Below, piece by piece: positions 57,998 to 64,000 of a DNA stretch of 64,000 nt (position 1 is the stretch's first letter; each line of letters starts with the position of its first letter). Origin of the DNA: Pseudomonadota bacterium (GTDB lineage Bacteria > Bdellovibrionota_B > Oligoflexia > Silvanigrellales > Silvanigrellaceae); assembly GCA_009926615.1 (NCBI GenBank), contig RFOM01000014.1, positions 74 through 64,073 of the forward strand, read 5' to 3'. A program made the translations under genes and the position numbers. The notes beneath the pieces are model-generated. The model was not told the DNA's origin, ran no database searches, and saw only the letters and a program-made list of their open reading frames with translations.

Positions 57998-58384
57998 ATG
58001 TTCACTGAGAAAAAGGACAAGCGAAAGACACAACAGCAGCTGCTCATCAAAGGCCTGTTCCAACACACGGACAGACCACTTTCCGCGCAGGAGCTGCTCG
58101 ATGCCGCATCTGACATCCAGCCTAACTTGGGCATCGCAACTGTATATCGCGGTATAAAGTCGCTCTTGGAAGAAGGATTCATCACACACGTTGAAATTCC
58201 GGGAACAAGTCCGCGCTATGAAAAGACCGGCACGCACCATCATCATCATTTTCTCTGCATGAAGTGTGATCGCGTTTTCGCCGTCGCCGGATGTTCAGGT
58301 CATCTGGAAAAACTTGTACCCCCCGGTTTCAAAATGAAATCTCACCGGATTGTGCTTGAAGGAAACTGTGTCTCGTGTACTTAG
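57998..58384 (+). CDS. zur: Fur-family transcriptional regulator, probably Zur
   Basis: Winged-helix ATVYRGIKSLLEEG. His run GTHHHHHFLCMKCDRVF with CxxC, plus C-terminal CVSC. Context is a zinc cluster. Confidence 0.7.
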   Translation: MFTEKKDKRKTQQQLLIKGLFQHTDRPLSAQELLDAASDIQPNLGIATVYRGIKSLLEEGFITHVEIPGTSPRYEKTGTHHHHHFLCMKCDRVFAVAGCSGHLEKLVPPGFKMKSHRIVLEGNCVSCT

Positions 58385-58410
58385 GTGCACTGAACAAGGG
58401 AGATTGCACA

Positions 58411-58863
58411 ATGAAACAGTTTGCGCTTTTGATGACTTCGGTTTTTTCTGTTTTCGCCTGCGGATGCAGCGGGAAGGCTCATGGCGACCATACGAGTCCT
58501 GCCACTGGTCGCAACACTGCGGCTGAGATAAAAGGTCGCTATTTTAACGCTAAAATCCTGAGCTGGAGTGTCGGGCCTGAAGTGAGCGGTGATTCTCTTC
58601 AGGAAATCAGGAACTCATGCGAAATTGAAATCACAACTGCCTCGGGTGAAATTCCGGCGACGCTTTCTGTCCAAAAAGTTTTTCCATTTATGAAAGTGCA
58701 TGGTCATGGTGCACCCGATGAACAAATTTTGACTGAAGTATCGGGCAACCGTGTCAAAGTTTCGAAGATTTCGTTTATCATGAGCGGCCCGTGGGAATTG
58801 CACATTCAGGCGACCGTCAACGGCCAATCTGAAGAAATTGAAATTCCGGTCGTTGTACCTTGA
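58411..58863 (+). CDS. Lipoprotein, YtkA/FixH-like domain (tentative)
   Basis: Lipobox VFACGC. Contains FMKVHGHGAP and WELHIQATVNGQSEEIEIPV, resembling YtkA-like Ig-fold metal-associated lipoproteins. Confidence 0.4.
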   Translation: MKQFALLMTSVFSVFACGCSGKAHGDHTSPATGRNTAAEIKGRYFNAKILSWSVGPEVSGDSLQEIRNSCEIEITTASGEIPATLSVQKVFPFMKVHGHGAPDEQILTEVSGNRVKVSKISFIMSGPWELHIQATVNGQSEEIEIPVVVP

Positions 58864-59774
58864 AAATTCAAAAGGAGCCGCGCGTGATTCAGGCTGTTGT
58901 GGTTCTTGCGGTTACACTCGCATTTGCGCTGATTCCATTGCGCGGACTGGCATGCGCATCCTGCGGCAGCGGCAGCGATGATCCACTTATTCTTTGGCCA
59001 AACGAACAGTTGAAAACCTACGTCGGCTTTTCCACAAGTTCGCGTTTTGAAACTGTCGATCCGCAGGGAAAGTTTGGAAAGGAATCGGGCCCCAAATCGC
59101 GGGATGCACTCACGCTGGCTGTCGGCAAGGCGCTGCGCAACGACGTCTTTTTCACTGTTACTCTGCCTGTGCAACAGAACCGGCTGGAAGGCTCATCTTT
59201 CCGTTCTTTGGGTGACCCCATGATTGCAGTACGATGGTCGTGGTGGCTGCCGGATTTCACTGAACCACTGCGGCCGCAGCTTCAATTGATGACTTCATAT
59301 AAACTCGCACACTCAAAGTCACTGCAGGAAACAACACGGACTGATTTGCTTGATGCTTTCGGCACAGGGATTCCTGAGTTAAAACTGGGAGTCGATGCAT
59401 TTTGGGGAATGAGTACGATCAAAGGCGGTCTTGCGCTTGCAGGCCTTTTTCCTGAAGAAAGGAGGCTCGGCCGAACGGCTGTGTTCCCGGGCAACGGCCT
59501 GCGTTCCACTTCCACCGTGGGATACTCGTTGGGTGGGGACAACAAGATCCTCGCGGGCCTCGTGCGCGAAATGCGGGAACAGCGACGCAGCGACGGTCAA
59601 CGCGTTGTTCAGAGCGAAGTGTTGGCTCATTCCATCTTTGTGACACTCGACTGGTCACCCGCGCCACACAACATGATAAGGTTTTCGCTGAGCGACAAAG
59701 GCCGCGTTCTGGAGAACAAGAACATGATCGCAGCCTCGTCATTGAGTCTTGCATGGCTGGCCGCGTGGGAATGA
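58860..59774 (+). CDS. Exported hypothetical protein (possible OM protein) with CASCGSGSD motif at the mature N-terminus
   Basis: Signal-like AVVVLAVTLAFALIPLRGLA. Translationally coupled to its neighbours (4-nt overlaps at both ends). Family not recognised. Confidence 0.45.
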   Translation: MKIQKEPRVIQAVVVLAVTLAFALIPLRGLACASCGSGSDDPLILWPNEQLKTYVGFSTSSRFETVDPQGKFGKESGPKSRDALTLAVGKALRNDVFFTVTLPVQQNRLEGSSFRSLGDPMIAVRWSWWLPDFTEPLRPQLQLMTSYKLAHSKSLQETTRTDLLDAFGTGIPELKLGVDAFWGMSTIKGGLALAGLFPEERRLGRTAVFPGNGLRSTSTVGYSLGGDNKILAGLVREMREQRRSDGQRVVQSEVLAHSIFVTLDWSPAPHNMIRFSLSDKGRVLENKNMIAASSLSLAWLAAWE

Positions 59775-60202
59775 TGAACCTCGAATTTCAACCGCCAAAA
59801 ATAGAAAATCGAAATTGGATTGTTGTTGCTGTTGTGGCAGTCTGCGTTGGACTCCTGCCCGGAAAATCGATCGCGAGTCACGACATCACAAAGCCTGCGG
59901 CAACTTGCCCCCCATTAGATAATGAAAAACTCAAAGACCTTGTGGATCACAGCGAGAGCAAAAAAGTTGAGCTGGTGTTCTTCTCAAGCTGGTGCAGCGA
60001 CTGTGGCAATCACCTCAAAAAACTCGAGGGCCCAAAAAAAATCTTGGTTGGAACATTCGACAAACAACCCCGCATTGAGAGGCTTGTGGCAAAGCTCAAG
60101 CTGGCAAACCGTTGCTTTACGGACGCCGGTATTGCCAAAAAACTCAAGGTTACAACGGTTCCGGCGGAACTTAGCGTGACATCTTCATTTTTCGCTGAAT
60201 AA
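59771..60202 (+). CDS. Thioredoxin-fold thiol:disulfide oxidoreductase (TlpA/redoxin-like)
   Basis: N-terminal TM anchor. Active-site WCSDC in VELVFFSSWCSDCGNHLKKL. ATG 59771 overlaps the upstream stop (ATGATGA). Confidence 0.65.
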   Translation: MMNLEFQPPKIENRNWIVVAVVAVCVGLLPGKSIASHDITKPAATCPPLDNEKLKDLVDHSESKKVELVFFSSWCSDCGNHLKKLEGPKKILVGTFDKQPRIERLVAKLKLANRCFTDAGIAKKLKVTTVPAELSVTSSFFAE

Positions 60203-60303
60203 GACAGCATCAGACGCAACAAGGTGCTGCGTTACGAACTTTTTTGGCTTGGTGTAGCTTCTTCGGAGCTGAGATAATTTACACCAACCCATCGGAAAAT
60301 ATC

Positions 60304-61536
60304 ATGTCAATCGACGATCGAAGTCTGCGGATCATTCTGAATTTAAGGTGGATTGCAATTTTAGGCCAAATTGCCGTTCTTTTTCCGGCATTCAAATCAG
60401 GCTGGTTGACAACGAGTTCACTTGTACCTGCTTCATTTCTGATTGCGTTCCTCGCTGCAATTAATGGATCAAGTATTTTTGCCCGCAAAAAAAATCTGGT
60501 TCAGGCGAATCAAAGCTTTCTTCTCTTCCAACTTTGCATGGACGTTTTTTCATTAACTGGACTACTGTGGCTCTCCGGCGGTGCATGGAATCCGTTTATT
60601 ATTCTCCTGTTGTTTCACGCGTCACTCGGTGCTCTTTTCCTTAACGGCGTGCATCTGGTTGGATACATCGTTCTCACATTGTGGTCCTCCACAGCTCTTT
60701 ATTCCAATCCTGTTGTTCCAATTCCGGCACAAGGCCAATCCCTTCCGCCGCTTATCCTTTATCCGGTTCACATGACGGCTTTGCTTTGCCATGTAGCACT
60801 GATTGCATGGGTGTCAGGCCGCCTTGAGGCTAAGCGGAATGAAATTGAGACATCAAAAGAGCAATTGCGCAAACTCGATCATCTGCGGGCCTTCGGACTT
60901 ATCGCAGGCGGCTTTTCACACGAATTTGCAACACCGCTGTCAACTATTCAAATTCGCCTCAAAAGACTTCAACGTCTGGTGCCGGAACTGTCAGACAACA
61001 CGGATTTTCAAGCTGCCGTCGAGGCAGGCGACAGATGCGAAAAGTCACTGAAACTGCTATTAGCCCGACGCAAAAATCCAAATGCCTGCGAATTCAGGCT
61101 CCTGAATCTGGCTACCGAACTTGAGCAATGGCAGAGAGAATGGAGCACAGGCGGAGAACGTATTTCTTCCCATATTTCTGACGAAACTCTCAATATCCGA
61201 ACTCATGAAATTTCACTTAAACAAGTGATTTTTGATCTTTTGGACAACGCGATAAAGGCTTGTCCCCATGGAAACGTCAAACTCAGCGCACTTTCCGGAC
61301 AAGGCGGATTCGCAGAAGTAGTAATCGAGGACAATGGTTCAGGTTTGCCAATGTTCGTTCGTGAACATTTGGGAGAGCCCTTTTTAACAACAAGAGAAGA
61401 CGGAGTTGGTCTCGGACTTTACAACGCGGTTATGTTTTCACGGGCGATGGACGGGCGCCTGCACATTGTTGACCGCGCCGAGGGCGGGACAAAGGTCACA
61501 CTTCAAATTCCTTTGGTTGAAACCTCATTTGCCTGA
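60304..61536 (+). CDS. Membrane sensor histidine kinase, RegB/PrrB/ActS-like
   Basis: About 6 N-terminal TM segments. H-box FSHEFATPLSTI. HATPase_c blocks LLDNAIKA, DNGSGLP and GVGLGLY. Confidence 0.75.
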   Translation: MSIDDRSLRIILNLRWIAILGQIAVLFPAFKSGWLTTSSLVPASFLIAFLAAINGSSIFARKKNLVQANQSFLLFQLCMDVFSLTGLLWLSGGAWNPFIILLLFHASLGALFLNGVHLVGYIVLTLWSSTALYSNPVVPIPAQGQSLPPLILYPVHMTALLCHVALIAWVSGRLEAKRNEIETSKEQLRKLDHLRAFGLIAGGFSHEFATPLSTIQIRLKRLQRLVPELSDNTDFQAAVEAGDRCEKSLKLLLARRKNPNACEFRLLNLATELEQWQREWSTGGERISSHISDETLNIRTHEISLKQVIFDLLDNAIKACPHGNVKLSALSGQGGFAEVVIEDNGSGLPMFVREHLGEPFLTTREDGVGLGLYNAVMFSRAMDGRLHIVDRAEGGTKVTLQIPLVETSFA

Positions 61537-61547
61537 GCTCATGAAAC

Positions 61548-62093
61548 ATGAAGAAACGCTTGCTTATAGTTGATGACGACGAAGGCTTTCGCAACACACT
61601 CAAAATCGAATTCGCAGAACGAGGATACTTTGTCTTCTGCGCCGAAAGTATTTCATCTGCCCAAAGGCTTCTTGATGTTGAGCAAAATTTCGACTTTGCA
61701 ATCGTCGATTTGAGATTAAAAAGCGAATTCAGCCTGAATTTCCTGAAGGAGCTTACCGCAACAAACCGTTGCTGCCGGACTGTTGTTTTGACTGGATACC
61801 CTTCCACCGCGAGCACCGTTCAAGCTATAAAAAACGGAGCGGTGAACTATCTTCTGAAACCTTCCTCAGTCGAATTGATTGAACAGGCACTTTGGCTGGA
61901 CAACATCGGGACAAATTTTAACTTTGAAGTATCGGACGAAAATCTTGCCACACTGGCACAATATGAATATGAATTAATCGAGTTCATTTTAATGCAATGC
62001 AACGGAAATATCACCCATGCGGCTCAGCGGCTTGGACTGCACAGACAAAGCTTGCAACGGAAAATCAGAAAAGGACCGCCCAAAAGACAGTGA
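61548..62093 (+). CDS. Response regulator, RegA/PrrA/ActR-like (REC plus short Fis-type HTH)
   Basis: REC motifs (LLIVDDDE, AIVDLRL, VVLTGY). C-terminal NITHAAQRLGLHRQSLQRKIRK. 181 aa. Confidence 0.8.
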   Translation: MKKRLLIVDDDEGFRNTLKIEFAERGYFVFCAESISSAQRLLDVEQNFDFAIVDLRLKSEFSLNFLKELTATNRCCRTVVLTGYPSTASTVQAIKNGAVNYLLKPSSVELIEQALWLDNIGTNFNFEVSDENLATLAQYEYELIEFILMQCNGNITHAAQRLGLHRQSLQRKIRKGPPKRQ

Positions 62094-62101
62094 GGTGTTT
62101 C

Positions 62102-63595
62102 ATGTCGATTAAAAAAAGATCGCTTATTCTTGCCTTATGCTTTGCTTCAGCAGTCATTTCTGTGCTGGCCTGCGGAAAAACAGGCGAAAAAGGCGGGGCA
62201 ACCGGTTCCGATGAACAGGTTGTGGAAATCCCGTTCCGCGCCACAGTGGGCGAACAAGACTTCGACTGCAACAAGAGCTACACGCTCGGTGCAGACAACA
62301 GTTCGGTGCAGCCCAAGGACTTCCGGTATTTCGTTTCAGACATCAAATTTGTGAAGGCTGACGGCAGCAAGGAAGCCCTCAAACTTGAACAGGACGGTCA
62401 ATGGCAAACCGGCAACGTGGCTCTGTTGGACTATGCCACCATTGACTCAAACTGCGCAAAATCGAGTTCTCCTGATGCATCCACACGAAAAATCGTGCGC
62501 GGCATTATCAAAAAGGGTGAGTACACCGCAATCGAGTTTGCACTTGGACTCGACGACAAGACCAATCATCTGGACTCAGCAACAGCGCAAGCACCGCTCA
62601 ACAACCCCGGAATGTGGTGGTCATGGAAGGGTGGTTACAAAGAGGTACGGCTGGAGTTGACGGTCACGTCCGATGGCTCAGCCAAGGACAAGGATTACCT
62701 GTTTCACCACGGTGCCACGAGTTGCACTGGCGCAACTCCAGAAACCTTCGCCTGCACACACGAAAACAACACAACCATCAGCTTGAGCGGTAATCCATTG
62801 CAATCGGGCGTTAAGTTCGACATCGCAAAGCTCCTCGAGGGAGAAAAGATTCAGGAAGAGCTCACACAAAATTTGTCGTCCACCAAACAAATGGGCGTTG
62901 TTCTGAACCCTTCGTCATGGGGCTGCATGGCCTTTCCGGGAGACGGCGATTGCGAATATCTGTTTGCCAATCTGGGTCTTGTGTTCAAAGACTCGGTTGC
63001 AGGACTCACGCCGGTGCAGAAAGTCTTCACTTTATTTGCCAATGTTTCAACAACCCAATCAACAGACCCGTCGGGGATCAAAACGGACGCGAGCTTGTGC
63101 ACAGACGCAAAAAAAGCAACGGTTGGCGACAACTGCTTTGTGAGGAACTCTGCCTTGAATGTGACGCAGGAAGTGGGCGACGCTGAGCATGCATCGGGTA
63201 CGGCGGGATTTGCGAGCCACAACGCCGGCCAGACCTGTGTGACTTGCCACCAGAGCAAAGGACCCGGAAAAGGCCTTCACACATTTTCAGGGACCGTTTT
63301 CAAAAAAGATCTCACTTCGCCGGCGGCGGGTGCGATTGTGAAAATCTTCAACGAAAGGCCTCCGGCAACGGGAGCCGACACGCGGGTTCCGTTGAAGCAG
63401 TTTGTTGCTGACAAGAGCGGAAATTTCTACACAACGACTGACTACCTTGCGCAGATAACCAATGCCAACAAGGAATATTGGGTGAGCGTGACCGATACCG
63501 ACGGCAGCGGCGGGAAGAGAATGAACTCCTCCAAGGTCACAGGGCAATGCAGCCAATGTCATGTGGGCGGTCAGAGAATCTGGATCGACAAGTGA
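62102..63595 (+). CDS. MbnP-like (metallo-mystery pair) lipoprotein with C-terminal extension bearing two CxxCH motifs
   Basis: Lipobox VLAC. MbnP-like blocks DFRYFVSDIKFVKADG, VALLDYATIDSNC, ALGLDDKTNH and PGMWWSWKGGYKEVRLE. C-terminal CVTCH and CSQCH flank a ~100-aa beta-rich segment. Confidence 0.65.
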   Translation: MSIKKRSLILALCFASAVISVLACGKTGEKGGATGSDEQVVEIPFRATVGEQDFDCNKSYTLGADNSSVQPKDFRYFVSDIKFVKADGSKEALKLEQDGQWQTGNVALLDYATIDSNCAKSSSPDASTRKIVRGIIKKGEYTAIEFALGLDDKTNHLDSATAQAPLNNPGMWWSWKGGYKEVRLELTVTSDGSAKDKDYLFHHGATSCTGATPETFACTHENNTTISLSGNPLQSGVKFDIAKLLEGEKIQEELTQNLSSTKQMGVVLNPSSWGCMAFPGDGDCEYLFANLGLVFKDSVAGLTPVQKVFTLFANVSTTQSTDPSGIKTDASLCTDAKKATVGDNCFVRNSALNVTQEVGDAEHASGTAGFASHNAGQTCVTCHQSKGPGKGLHTFSGTVFKKDLTSPAAGAIVKIFNERPPATGADTRVPLKQFVADKSGNFYTTTDYLAQITNANKEYWVSVTDTDGSGGKRMNSSKVTGQCSQCHVGGQRIWIDK

Positions 63596-64000
63596 GCATT
63601 CAGCGCACTCTCGCCGTTCCGGCAATTTTCCTTCTTTCGACAATTCGAACGATTGCGTATTGCGGCGTCGATGAAAACAGGGCGATCTGGGGCAAAGCAC
63701 TTTTCTTCGAAACCCGACTTTCAGCCAACGGAAAAATTTCCTGCGCCAGCTGCCACGATCCCCAACGCGCATTCACTGAAAACAAGGCAAGCTCGTCGGA
63801 TATCGAGGGACGCCCCGTCCATCGGAATTCACCGACACTCATCAACGCAGCTCACATGGACGTTTTGACATGGGCCAACCCGCTGCTGCGCAAGTTGGAA
63901 AACCAAATCATCGTCCCCTTGTTTCTGGACACTCCCGGAGAAATGGCGCTCATCCGTGTATGGCCAAAAGTGCGTTCCGAGGTTCTCGCCCAACCGCCGC
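63592..64000 (+). CDS. MbnH-like di-haem cytochrome c peroxidase family protein (5' part; runs off the right edge)
   Basis: GTG 63592 overlaps the upstream stop (GTGA). Has a signal-like N-terminus, then GKALFFETRLSANGKISCASCHDPQRAF, typical of the CCP/MauG/MbnH family. The frame is open to the window end. Confidence 0.7.
   Translation, partial: MSIQRTLAVPAIFLLSTIRTIAYCGVDENRAIWGKALFFETRLSANGKISCASCHDPQRAFTENKASSSDIEGRPVHRNSPTLINAAHMDVLTWANPLLRKLENQIIVPLFLDTPGEMALIRVWPKVRSEVLAQPP

Overview
64-kb chromosomal window from a diderm (Gram-negative) bacterium. Lipobox lipoproteins and outer-membrane (OM) beta-barrel genes are abundant. The taxon cannot be fixed from sequence alone; a Bdellovibrionota/Oligoflexia-like origin is only a low-confidence impression. 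About 1-18.7 kb is a mostly minus-strand housekeeping block: plsC-like, AKR, TerC, greB, clpA-clpS, rlpA-like, phhA, comF, rlmH, rsfS, obg, rpmA, rplU and an mqnA/D-like gene. A tRNA-Ser(GGA) at 18.8 kb is followed by an accessory stretch (19-23.5 kb). It holds a tight 4-gene operon (DUF4143 AAA ATPase, XRE-HTH, DUF3892-like protein, TM/BamE-like protein) preceded by tandem palindromic operators, then a decayed second DUF4143 gene. Next come a lambda-R-like (GH104) lipoprotein whose catalytic Glu is replaced by His, an OM barrel, a cupin, and a CpxP-like/OmpR/HK module with a frameshifted kinase. After kefF/G-kefC/B comes a proteorhodopsin-type gene (DTE motif, Met at the tuning position) with no retinal-synthesis genes in the window, then phoX and a GT39/ArnT-like transferase. 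The most unusual region is 40.6-52.4 kb. It holds four paralogous lipoproteins sharing an unrecognised ~400-aa N-terminal module. Two of them carry different lectin-like cargo: 4 tandem ~215-223-aa repeats plus LamG in one, and a PF12810-type Gly-rich domain plus a CVNH-like half-domain in the other. An OM beta-barrel gene is embedded on the opposite strand. The right end carries dinB, an MBL hydrolase and an M23 peptidase. It also carries a zinc-homeostasis cluster (ZrgA-like, COG0523 GTPase with a helical-repeat extension, Zur, accessory exported proteins), a RegB/RegA-like two-component pair, and an MbnP-like/MbnH-like pair in which the MbnP-like protein has two extra CxxCH motifs. No CRISPR array, rRNA, transposase or integrase was seen.
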